Assembly (NCBI GenBank): GCA_015493425.1
Contig: WGDG01000116.1
Span: 1-40,850 of the forward strand
DNA length: 40,850 nucleotides
DNA from: Sulfurovum sp.
GTDB lineage: Bacteria > Campylobacterota > Campylobacteria > Campylobacterales > Sulfurovaceae
Direction: 5' to 3'
Numbering within the stretch: the stretch's first letter is position 1; every line of letters begins with the position of its first letter. Shown one piece after another: positions 8,445 to 17,354 of this stretch. The translations under genes were made by a program, and so were the position numbers. The notes below the pieces were generated by a model, which searched no databases, was not told where the DNA came from, and saw only the letters and a program-made list of their open reading frames with translations.

Positions 8445-8464
8445 ACCTTTAATTGAAAGGCCAC

Positions 8465-8470
8465 TATAAT
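8465..8470 (+). promoter_or_regulatory. -10 element for gdhA
   Basis: TATAAT upstream of AAGGAG SD and ATG 8497. Confidence 0.5.
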
Positions 8471-8496
8471 AGTCAAAACAAAGCAAGGAGCCGAAA

Positions 8497-9858
8497 ATGT
8501 CCGTTGAAGCCCATATTAAAAAAGTATTGAATACCGTAGAGCAGCACAGCCCGGGGCAGCAGGAGTTCTATCAGGCAGCCCATGAAGTTCTCTATTCATT
8601 AGTCCCTTTGCTGAAAGAGGACGAACGGTATGACCATTTCAATATTCTCGAGCGCATTACTATACCTGAGCGTACCATTATTTTCAGGGTCAGCTGGGTA
8701 GACGACCACGGTATCATCCAGACCAATATCGGCTATCGTGTACAGTTCAACTCTGCCATCGGTCCCTATAAAGGCGGACTGCGTTTTCACCCTACTGTCA
8801 ATCTCGGTATCATTAAATTTCTCGGGTTTGAACAAATTTTCAAAAACGCACTCACTGGATTGCAGATCGGCGGAGCCAAAGGGGGTAGCAACTTTGATCC
8901 CAAAGGCAAAAGCGACAATGAAATTATGCGTTTTTGCCAGGCTTTTATGACAGAACTTTATCAGCACATTGGCGAAACGCGCGATATTCCCGCCGGGGAC
9001 ATCGGTGTGGGAGCACGCGAGATCGGCTATCTTTTCGGTCAATACAAAAAGATCACCCGGCAGTTTGAAGGAGTGTTGACAGGGAAAAGCATCAACTGGG
9101 GCGGCTCCAAAGCCAGAAAAGAGGCAACCGGCTACGGTTCAGTCTATTTTGCCGAAAATATTCTCAAAAAGTATGGTCAAAGCCTTGAGGGGAAACGCTG
9201 CTGTGTCTCCGGTTCTGGAAATGTAGCGACCTATACCATAGAGAAACTGTACCAAATGGGAGCACTTCCAGTCACTTGCAGCGACAGCAGAGGAACCATT
9301 TACCATGAAAATGGCATCGATCTCAATACGCTCAAAGCCATTAAAGAGATCAACCACCAGTCACTTGAAGTCTACGACCAGGTACACCCCGATGCAGTCT
9401 ACACACCGGTAACACACTATCCCGAAGGACGTCACGCTGTCTGGGATGTTCCCTGTGACATCGCCTTCCCGAGCGCTACGCAGAATGAACTCAACCTTGA
9501 AGATGCAAAAGCACTGGTAAAAAATGGTTGTATTCTCGTCAACGAAGGTGCCAATATGCCTACCACTCCCGATGCAGTAGAGTACCTCAAGAAAAAAGGT
9601 ATATGGTTTGGTCCGGGCAAAGCAGCCAACGCCGGCGGGGTTGCTACCAGCCAGCTTGAGATGAGCCAAAACGCCAGTATGTCCCACTGGACTTTCGAAG
9701 AGGTTGACATTAAACTGCGCCAGATCATGAAAAACATCTTTGATACATGCTATGACACCTCCGTAGAATTCGACCATGAAGGCGACCTGGTAGCCGGCGC
9801 CAATATCGCAGGCTTCAGAAAGGTAGCTGATTCAATGATTGACCAGGGATCGGTGTGA
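8497..9858 (+). CDS. gdhA: NADP-specific glutamate dehydrogenase
   Basis: GPYKGGLRFHP, GGAKGG, PAGDIGVG, SGSGNVA, EGANMP and KAANAGGV motifs. Confidence 0.96.
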   Translation: MSVEAHIKKVLNTVEQHSPGQQEFYQAAHEVLYSLVPLLKEDERYDHFNILERITIPERTIIFRVSWVDDHGIIQTNIGYRVQFNSAIGPYKGGLRFHPTVNLGIIKFLGFEQIFKNALTGLQIGGAKGGSNFDPKGKSDNEIMRFCQAFMTELYQHIGETRDIPAGDIGVGAREIGYLFGQYKKITRQFEGVLTGKSINWGGSKARKEATGYGSVYFAENILKKYGQSLEGKRCCVSGSGNVATYTIEKLYQMGALPVTCSDSRGTIYHENGIDLNTLKAIKEINHQSLEVYDQVHPDAVYTPVTHYPEGRHAVWDVPCDIAFPSATQNELNLEDAKALVKNGCILVNEGANMPTTPDAVEYLKKKGIWFGPGKAANAGGVATSQLEMSQNASMSHWTFEEVDIKLRQIMKNIFDTCYDTSVEFDHEGDLVAGANIAGFRKVADSMIDQGSV

Positions 9859-9900
9859 TGATGGATGATGGATGATGGATGATGGATGATGGATGATGGA
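9857..9900. repeat. Heptamer tandem array (GATGATG)x6
   Basis: Six perfect copies (9857-9898) beginning inside the gdhA TGA. Confidence 0.97.
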
Positions 9901-9974
9901 AATTTTTCATGTTTTGGTTGAAGCAAAGCTTAAAAGTCCGGAATGACAGAACATGAGCCTGAAAAATACCTTTT

Positions 9975-10364
9975 TTACTGCAACCCGTAATAAAGGAGCG
10001 GAGGATACAGCAGTACGCCTGTAAGAAAAAACCATCCGGGAATCCTCCATTCCAGCATTGCGGCTAGTTCGGCAGGAATCTGCTGTTTGATAAAAATCGC
10101 TTTAATCATTTCAAGTTTGTAGAAAATATCAAACACTTTCATGGCAATGATCATGACCGTATAAAAGTTGAGACTGTCAGTCGCAAGAATGACAAAAAGC
10201 ATATAGTAAAAGCTTGGATGCATCATAAAAAAGAGAAAAATGCTCTTTTTGTACCAGAAGTAGAGACGCTGTATCACACCGTACAGGGTATCTGCACGCT
10301 GCATGGCTGCTTCAAAAAGTTCCAGTACAACAAGAATGAGTGTCAGGGTCAATGCGGTTTCCAT
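9975..10364 (-). CDS. Hypothetical small integral membrane protein
   Basis: 129 aa with about 4 hydrophobic segments; AAGGA SD upstream; fills the gap between gdhA and ccoI. Confidence 0.7.
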   Translation of the reverse strand: METALTLTLILVVLELFEAAMQRADTLYGVIQRLYFWYKKSIFLFFMMHPSFYYMLFVILATDSLNFYTVMIIAMKVFDIFYKLEMIKAIFIKQQIPAELAAMLEWRIPGWFFLTGVLLYPPLLYYGLQ

Positions 10365-10425
10365 GCGGAATATTATCCTTATTTCGATAAAATCTTTTAA
10401 AATTCTCCAAGCAAGGATACCACGT

Positions 10426-12834
10426 TTGCCAAAAGTTCCCTGTACCCACTGCCACCTCGAGTTTGATGAATCGGTGATGATTACCGAACCCCATGGGGAA
10501 GAGACACTCTACTTTTGCTGTAAAGGGTGCCAGGGGGTCTATCATCTGCTTGAGAGTGAAGGGCTTGACACATTCTATGACAAACTCGGTGATACCAAGC
10601 TCCAGCCTGCCATTCAGCAGCACGATGATCTGGAAAAATTTGACCTTGAAGGGTTTAAAAACAAATATATCAAAACAACCGATGAGGGACTAAACGAAAT
10701 TTACCTCATCATCGAAGGTATCCACTGTTCTGCCTGTGTCTGGCTGAATGAAAAAGTACTGCATAAAACCGACGGTGTCATCGAAGCAACCATCAACTAC
10801 ACTAACAATAAAGCCAAAGTAGTTTGGGATCCTGATGAAATCCGACTCTCCAAGATCATCGAAACGATCCGCTCCATCGGATACAATGCCTACCCGTACG
10901 ATCCTGCGTTACAGGAAGAACGGGCGGAAAAAACAAAAAAAGAGTATTACGCACGTATTCTTGTAGCCGTCTTTGGCGCCATGAATATTATGTGGATCGC
11001 CATTGCCCACTATGCCGGTTATTTTACGGGTATGGAGCAGCGGTTTAAAGACATTTTGAATGTGGCGGAATTCATCCTTGCCACTCCGGTACTTTTCTAC
11101 AGCGGATGGATCTTTTTCAGGGGCGCCTATTACGGGTACAAAAACCATATTGTCAACATGGATACCCTCGTTGCCTCAGGAGCGCTTTTGGCATACATTT
11201 ACTCCATCTATGCCATGATAAGCCACAATGGCGAGGTCTACTTTGACTCAGTGGTTATGATCATTACCTTTGTACTTGTAGGCAAATACCTTGAAGTGCT
11301 CAGCAAAAAGCATGCTGTCGATACCCTTGATTCAATTATGGGGAGCACTCCGACAGAAGTGACCCTGGTTCAAAACGAAGAAAAAACCCTTGTCAGTGTT
11401 GAAAATGTGATCATGGGCGACATTATTGAACTCAAACCGGGTGAGAAGGTGGTCATAGACGGTATTGTCACCGATGGTGAGGGCTCTTTTGATGAAAGTT
11501 CCCTCACAGGCGAAAACCTTCCGGTACTCAAACAGAAAGGAGATCCGGTTTTAAGCGGTTCAATCTGCCTGGATTCGGTCATCCGCTATGAAGCGACCAA
11601 AGATGCTTCGAATTCACTACTCTACTCCATTGTCTCTTTGCTGGAAGAGTCCATTACCAAAAAACCGCGTATTGAACAGCTGGCTGACCAGGTATCGGGC
11701 TATTTTTCAGCCGTCATTCTTACGCTGGCACTGCTGACCTTTGCCGGCTGGTGGTACTTTGGCGGAGCGTTTGAGCAGGCACTGATTACAGGCATCTCTG
11801 TTATTGTCATTGCCTGCCCGTGTGCACTGGGCATGGCAACCCCTATGGCAACACTCGTGGGCATCGGTATGGCAGCCAAACACAATATTCTCTTCAAAGA
11901 GGCAGGCTACTTAGAGACAATGGCAAAGAGTGATCTCCTTGCCCTGGACAAAACCGGTACCATTACCGAAGGCAGACCATCTGTTGTCAACCTCCAAACG
12001 TTTGAAGGATACGATGAAGATCTTCTTTACGCACTGGTTTCTACGTCCAAACACCCGGTTTCCGAGGGGATCAGACGTTATCTTGAAAAAAACGGGAAGC
12101 CCTTTGCCCCCATAGCGTTGGATGCCATCAAAACCGTTCAGGCAAAAGGGGTAGAAGCTACCTATGAAGGGAAAAAGCTCAAAGGAGGCAACGGTACATT
12201 CATGCAGGCATCCGGGATTGCATGCAGTGATGACACGGCACATACCCTCTTTTACTTTGCCGTAGACGGTAAACTCGCAGCACGCTTTGAATTGAGTGAT
12301 ACCATCCGAGAGGGTGCCAAAGAGGCGATTGCCAACATTCAACGTATGGGTATCCGGGTTGTCATGCTGACCGGAGACCATGAAGCGAGCGCCCAAAGTG
12401 TGGCAGATGCTGTCGGTATAGAAGAAGTCCATGCCAGACTGCTTCCACAGGACAAGGCAGCACTTATTGACGCATTTCATGAAGAAAAACACATTGTGGT
12501 CATGGCCGGAGACGGCATAAACGACACTATTGCCCTTGCACGTTCGGACATTGCTATTGCCATGGGAAGCGGTGCAGATGTCGCTATCAGTGTCAGTGAT
12601 GTCGTACTGCTCGATGAGAAACCCAAAAGTCTTTATGAGGCTTACCGTATCTCCCGCCGTACCTATCGTGCCGTCAAAGAGAATCTTGGTTTTTCACTCC
12701 TGTACAATACCATTGCCGTACCGTTTGCCATTGCCGGTTTTGTCAACCCGCTTGTCGCGGCACTCGCCATGAGTTTAAGTTCGCTTGTGGTCGTCGGAAA
12801 CTCTATGCGTATTAAATGGTTAAAACTAAAATAA
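10426..12834 (+). CDS. ccoI: Heavy-metal P1B-type ATPase, CcoI/FixI-like (Cu supply to cbb3 oxidase)
   Basis: CTHC, CCKGC, HCSAC, TGE, CPC, DKTGT and GDGIND motifs; adjacent ccoS; start moved to TTG 10426 after AAGGA. Confidence 0.88.
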   Translation: MPKVPCTHCHLEFDESVMITEPHGEETLYFCCKGCQGVYHLLESEGLDTFYDKLGDTKLQPAIQQHDDLEKFDLEGFKNKYIKTTDEGLNEIYLIIEGIHCSACVWLNEKVLHKTDGVIEATINYTNNKAKVVWDPDEIRLSKIIETIRSIGYNAYPYDPALQEERAEKTKKEYYARILVAVFGAMNIMWIAIAHYAGYFTGMEQRFKDILNVAEFILATPVLFYSGWIFFRGAYYGYKNHIVNMDTLVASGALLAYIYSIYAMISHNGEVYFDSVVMIITFVLVGKYLEVLSKKHAVDTLDSIMGSTPTEVTLVQNEEKTLVSVENVIMGDIIELKPGEKVVIDGIVTDGEGSFDESSLTGENLPVLKQKGDPVLSGSICLDSVIRYEATKDASNSLLYSIVSLLEESITKKPRIEQLADQVSGYFSAVILTLALLTFAGWWYFGGAFEQALITGISVIVIACPCALGMATPMATLVGIGMAAKHNILFKEAGYLETMAKSDLLALDKTGTITEGRPSVVNLQTFEGYDEDLLYALVSTSKHPVSEGIRRYLEKNGKPFAPIALDAIKTVQAKGVEATYEGKKLKGGNGTFMQASGIACSDDTAHTLFYFAVDGKLAARFELSDTIREGAKEAIANIQRMGIRVVMLTGDHEASAQSVADAVGIEEVHARLLPQDKAALIDAFHEEKHIVVMAGDGINDTIALARSDIAIAMGSGADVAISVSDVVLLDEKPKSLYEAYRISRRTYRAVKENLGFSLLYNTIAVPFAIAGFVNPLVAALAMSLSSLVVVGNSMRIKWLKLK

Positions 12835-12844
12835 GGAAACATGC

Positions 12845-13081
12845 ATGTCAGAAAATATTGTCATTCTTATGCTGGGCATTTCAACCTTTCTTGGGGCACT
12901 CGGGCTTGCTGCCCTGCTCTGGGGACTGAAAACAGGACAGTTTGACGACCAGTCCAAATTTATTGACGGAGCCCGGTTCGACAACGAAGAAGAACTTCGG
13001 GATGCCGTAATGATGGAAGAGAAACGCAAAGCACAAAAGAAGAAAAAAGAAAAAAAGGATGCCTATCGTCCTGCGGATTAA
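12845..13081 (+). CDS. ccoS: cbb3-type cytochrome oxidase maturation protein CcoS
   Basis: Single TM segment followed by the WGLKTGQFDD signature; directly after the ATPase. Confidence 0.9.
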   Translation: MSENIVILMLGISTFLGALGLAALLWGLKTGQFDDQSKFIDGARFDNEEELRDAVMMEEKRKAQKKKKEKKDAYRPAD

Positions 13082-13174
13082 GCATAAATTTCTCAAAAAT
13101 GGTGTCAACTAATAGGCACATAATCAAAGTGATGTTATGATATGAATAAATATTAATATCACTGGAGAAGATGC

Positions 13175-13732
13175 ATGAAAAAGTTTATCTGTACAGCAGC
13201 TGTTTTGGGAATAAGTCTGGTACAGGCAAGCAGCCTCGGAATCAATGTGAACAGTGACGATGTTGAAGTCAATGGAAAGATGGATATCACATCCGCCATC
13301 GGATTTGGCAGCGGGACAAGCTATTTTTTAAGTGCGGATTATCTGCATACGAACGATGACAACCTTTTCAAAGCCGGTTTTGGCGCTTCGAACACACTCA
13401 GCGGTGCAGAGGGACTTACCTTTACCTTCGGCCTTGAAGGGGTCTTTGGCGACAGCTATGTTGCCATGCCGCTCTTTGGTGAAGCGAAACTGAGACTCCC
13501 TCTTGATGAGCCCATGCCGGCAACCTCTTTGAGTGCACGGTTTGACTATGCACCGTCCGTGCTCTCATTTGTCGATGCAGATCAGTACCTGGAGTACCGT
13601 TTTGAAGCAGATGTTGAAGTCATTAACAATGTGCATGTCTATGGCGGCTACCGTAATATCGATACGGACTACGAATCTCATGACTACAACCTTAACGACA
13701 GCTGGTACGGTGGACTCAAGATCAATTTCTAA
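13175..13732 (+). CDS. YfaZ-like outer-membrane beta-barrel protein
   Basis: Signal peptide, YAPSVLSF and GGYR motifs, C-terminal aromatic strand ending in F. Confidence 0.7.
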   Translation: MKKFICTAAVLGISLVQASSLGINVNSDDVEVNGKMDITSAIGFGSGTSYFLSADYLHTNDDNLFKAGFGASNTLSGAEGLTFTFGLEGVFGDSYVAMPLFGEAKLRLPLDEPMPATSLSARFDYAPSVLSFVDADQYLEYRFEADVEVINNVHVYGGYRNIDTDYESHDYNLNDSWYGGLKINF

Positions 13733-13785
13733 TGAAATGATCAAAAAAGTAATCGATTTTATTCTGCACGCAACAATAAACTAAT

Positions 13786-14529
13786 TCATTTCATACGTGT
13801 TGCCGTAATATCCCCAAACAGGATCAAATCTTCAAGCAGCGCTTTGTTTGCAATGCCGTCTTTTCCGACCGCAAGCTGCAAATGCCCCTCTTTGCTGGTA
13901 AATATTTTTTGATGAATGATCGCTGTGGCATACCATGCAGCTTTGCTGCCGAGTTTTAACACATATGTTTTTTCCTCTTTAGGGGTAGGCAGGATCACAG
14001 TCACCTTCCCTTTTTGTTTCTCTGCACCTACAGCACTGAACTGGTAGGTACCGGCCTTGTGTTTGTCGGGGAGCAGTCTGTCCAGATTGAAATAGAGCGT
14101 CAAAAGATCGTTTTTGCTGTAAAATCCCAATCGTTTCTGCTCCTGTTCCACCAGTTTGCCCCCGCGGTACTTTTGATAATTTTTCAGTACGCTTTTTCGA
14201 CGATGATCGATACGATAGGTTTTGACAACCCGGGTATCACGGTAACGCCGCACCACCTCATACCGGTCACTGACAAGCAGACCGTTTTCTATGTGCCCGA
14301 CAGAACGATGGTGTTCTTTGCGATGGCCGCTGAGTGCTGCCGCAAGGCCTGTGGCCGCAAGCCGGATATCGATAGTATAGGTTTGACGGTTCCTCTCCAT
14401 CTGTGCATGTGCCTCACCGATTTTGCCGACAATACCGTAGGCAACATCATAATCTGCCTTCAGTGTTTTTGCCGGTAACACCGTCAAACATAATACGATT
14501 AAGCCCATAACCGATATAATCACTTTCAT
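13786..14529 (-). CDS. Exported basic protein, DUF3108-like
   Basis: Signal peptide; Y.V.YGI.G.IG.A and DLLTLYF patterns resemble this family (from recall, not searched). Confidence 0.55.
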   Translation of the reverse strand: MKVIISVMGLIVLCLTVLPAKTLKADYDVAYGIVGKIGEAHAQMERNRQTYTIDIRLAATGLAAALSGHRKEHHRSVGHIENGLLVSDRYEVVRRYRDTRVVKTYRIDHRRKSVLKNYQKYRGGKLVEQEQKRLGFYSKNDLLTLYFNLDRLLPDKHKAGTYQFSAVGAEKQKGKVTVILPTPKEEKTYVLKLGSKAAWYATAIIHQKIFTSKEGHLQLAVGKDGIANKALLEDLILFGDITATRMK

Positions 14530-14600
14530 ATTATTTCATCCTTTTATCATCAATGACATACTATTGTACAGCATGATTGTGGAAAAAAAGCAGAAAATTC

Positions 14601-15785
14601 ATGGCAACAACAGAAACAAATACTACACTACTGGCGAAAGAGTCCCTGAATGTTATCAACTCATTCGACACCAGCATTATCGGCAGTGTCCAGAAACAGC
14701 TCGCACCCGTCTATGAGGCTTACCCCATACTTACCACCGTAATATGGGGGATCCCCCTCGCCAATCTCATTGCAGCAATAGCACTTTTCCTACTGATCCT
14801 CGGTCTCCGTAAAGTATTTACCAATATTGTACTTGTTTTTCTTCATAAACTCAGCAAACGGACAAAAACGTACTATGATGACCGTATGATTTCTGCGCTC
14901 AAACATCCGATACGTTTTCTTTTCATTGTCATTGCCCTGCATCTGTTTTTTCTTTTAACCTTCAAAGAAACGCCAACGATCAAACACTTTCTCGATTCAC
15001 TGGTCATCTATACACTTTTTTGGGCGATTCTCAATATCATTGAGGCACTCAAGGAACTGGCGTATGCGGCAACATCACGGTTCAACCCCGATCTCTCCAG
15101 GGAGATGGGCAACTTTATCCTTACGATTGTCAAAATTTTCATCGCCGGTATCGGCCTTGCAGCCATCTTAACTGTCTGGGGTATCAATGTTACTGCACTG
15201 ATCGCTTCACTCGGACTTGGCGGTCTGGCTTTTGCACTTGCGGCAAAAGATACCGCTTCCAACCTCTTCGGCTCCTTTGCCCTGCTTGCAGACAAATCCA
15301 TCCGTATCGGAGAATGGGTTAAAGTCGGCGGTGTTGAAGGGGTTGTTGAAGATGTGGGAATGCGTACGACCAAGATCCGCTCCTTTGAAAAGACACTGAT
15401 TACCGTTCCCAACCAACTCGTAGCCAACCAACCCATTGAAAACTTTTCAAGGCGCGGCATCCGGCGTATCAAAATGCACATCGGGCTGACCTATGGTACT
15501 ACTTCCGAGCAATTGCTGAAAATCAAGGCTGACATAGAGAATATGCTGAAAAACCATCATGGCATCAGCCAAAAAGATTCACTGATGGTCTATTTTGATT
15601 CCTTTGGAGATTCGTCACTCAACATCTTCATATACTGCTTTACCGCTACAGCAAACTGGGCGAAATATCTTGAGATACGCGAAGATGTCCATGTGAAGAT
15701 TATGCAGATCGTCGAAGCAAACGGCAGCAGTTTTGCCTTCCCTTCACAAAGTATTTATGTTGAATCTCTCCCCTCTGAAGCATAA
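14601..15785 (+). CDS. MscS-family mechanosensitive channel
   Basis: ASLGLGGLAFALAAKD, G.VEDVGMRTT, VPN and FAFPSQ motifs; start taken at ATG 14601. Confidence 0.9.
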   Translation: MATTETNTTLLAKESLNVINSFDTSIIGSVQKQLAPVYEAYPILTTVIWGIPLANLIAAIALFLLILGLRKVFTNIVLVFLHKLSKRTKTYYDDRMISALKHPIRFLFIVIALHLFFLLTFKETPTIKHFLDSLVIYTLFWAILNIIEALKELAYAATSRFNPDLSREMGNFILTIVKIFIAGIGLAAILTVWGINVTALIASLGLGGLAFALAAKDTASNLFGSFALLADKSIRIGEWVKVGGVEGVVEDVGMRTTKIRSFEKTLITVPNQLVANQPIENFSRRGIRRIKMHIGLTYGTTSEQLLKIKADIENMLKNHHGISQKDSLMVYFDSFGDSSLNIFIYCFTATANWAKYLEIREDVHVKIMQIVEANGSSFAFPSQSIYVESLPSEA

Positions 15786-15809
15786 CCATAATACTTTAGA
15801 ACGTCAAAC

Positions 15810-15831
15810 GGTGTGTGATTGCGCACCCTGC
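15810..15831 (-). repeat. REP-like palindrome, degenerate copy (GCAG-GGTGCGC-aatc-ACACACC)
   Basis: 19/22 identical to 40645-40666; intergenic, just after the mscS stop. Confidence 0.7.
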
Positions 15832-15842
15832 ATTGAATAATA

Positions 15843-15851
15843 TGGTATAAT
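15843..15851 (+). promoter_or_regulatory. Extended -10 promoter for der
   Basis: TGGTATAAT about 50 nt upstream of ATG 15901. Confidence 0.6.
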
Positions 15852-15900
15852 ACTTCCAATAAACACATATACTTCGTATTATTCAAAGAAAGAAACATCC

Positions 15901-17316
15901 ATGACATCAGAACAACCCCTTAAAAAAGTTGCCATCCTCGGTCGTCCCAACGTTGGCAAAAGCTCGCTTTTCAACCGTCTTGCAAGACAACGCGACGCCA
16001 TTACCTCCGATATGAGCGGTACCACCCGTGACGTGAAAAAACGTATTGTTACCATCAGTGAGAACCGTGATTTCGAAATTCTCGATACCGGCGGCATCGA
16101 CTACAGCAGCGAACTCTTTTCCAAAGTGGCCGACTTTTCACTCAATGCCGCAAAAGAAGCCGATGTGATCGTCTATATGGTAGATGGTAAAACCATCCCC
16201 GACGAAGAGGACAAAAAGCTCTTTTACGATCTGCAGCAGCTTAACAAACCGCTGGCACTTGTGGTCAACAAAATCGACAACGACCGTGAGTTCGAAGAGC
16301 GTTTTTTCGATTTTTATGAATTTGGTGCAGAAGCGACTTTTCCCATGTCCGTCAGCCATAACCGTTATTTCAATGACTTCTACGCCTGGCTGGAGCAGCA
16401 TATCCCGCCACGGGAAGAAAAACCGGAACTGCAGCTTGAAGCTGCCGAAGAAGCTGACCCCTTTGGTGAATTCATTACCGACATCAATGCTACGGTTGAG
16501 GAGGAAGACAGAGAGATCAATGTCGCGATTATCGGGCGTGTCAATACCGGCAAAAGCTCTCTGCTCAATGCACTTCTCGGAGAAGAGCGCTCTGTTGTTT
16601 CCGATGTAGCAGGAACAACTATCGATCCCATCGATGAATCGATAGAATACAACGACTACAAGATCACCTTTGTCGATACGGCAGGTATCCGGCGTCGGGG
16701 GAAGATCGTGGGCATAGAGAAATATGCACTCGGACGTACCGAAGCGATGCTCGAAAAGGCGGACATCGCATTGCTGATGATCGATGCAACCACCGGTGTG
16801 CTTGAGCTTGACGAGCGTATTGCCGGGCTGATCGAAAAGTACCGTCTCGGCGCACTCATAGTCGTGAACAAATGGGACATTCGCGGAGAGAAGAGCTACG
16901 AAGAGATGGTTGATGACATTCGTGACGAGCTGAAGTTCCTCCACTATGCGCCGCTCATCACTATTTCGGCCAAGACCGGTATGCGGGTACACAAAATTCT
17001 TGACCAGATTACGGCGATATACGAACGTTACAAGCAGCGTATCCCCACTTCCAAACTCAACGATACCCTGCGTGAAGCGATGGCACGCCACCATGTGCCA
17101 AGCCACAACGGCGCAGTCGTCAAGATCAAGTTCGCGACACAATATGAAAGCAAACCTCCAAAGATCGCACTCATCACAAACCGCCCCGACGGACTGCACT
17201 TCAGCTATAAACGCTACCTTGCCAACTTTATCCGAAGCCGTTTCGATTTTGAAGGGGTACCACTTGATATTGTCGCCCGAAAACGGGGAGAACGTTTTGA
17301 ACCTGAGGAAGCGTAG
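15901..17316 (+). CDS. der: Ribosome biogenesis GTPase Der (EngA)
   Basis: Two GTPase domains (GRPNVGKS/DTGG/NKID and GRVNTGKS/DTAG/NKWD), acidic linker, KH-like C-terminus. Confidence 0.97.
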   Translation: MTSEQPLKKVAILGRPNVGKSSLFNRLARQRDAITSDMSGTTRDVKKRIVTISENRDFEILDTGGIDYSSELFSKVADFSLNAAKEADVIVYMVDGKTIPDEEDKKLFYDLQQLNKPLALVVNKIDNDREFEERFFDFYEFGAEATFPMSVSHNRYFNDFYAWLEQHIPPREEKPELQLEAAEEADPFGEFITDINATVEEEDREINVAIIGRVNTGKSSLLNALLGEERSVVSDVAGTTIDPIDESIEYNDYKITFVDTAGIRRRGKIVGIEKYALGRTEAMLEKADIALLMIDATTGVLELDERIAGLIEKYRLGALIVVNKWDIRGEKSYEEMVDDIRDELKFLHYAPLITISAKTGMRVHKILDQITAIYERYKQRIPTSKLNDTLREAMARHHVPSHNGAVVKIKFATQYESKPPKIALITNRPDGLHFSYKRYLANFIRSRFDFEGVPLDIVARKRGERFEPEEA

Positions 17317-17354
17317 GGTATAATAACGACATACTATTGCCAAAGGAAATCTGT

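Noticed and set aside
10303-10425. Longer N-terminus of the P-type ATPase from the ORF track (similar extensions for waaC, gmhB, rhodanese and GT9 at 32939)
   Set aside because: They overlap neighbouring genes or promoters; downstream starts fit SD positions and family N-termini better.
10426-13081. ccoI-ccoS present without ccoNOQP
   Set aside because: Separate location of these assembly genes is not evidently unusual for Campylobacterota.
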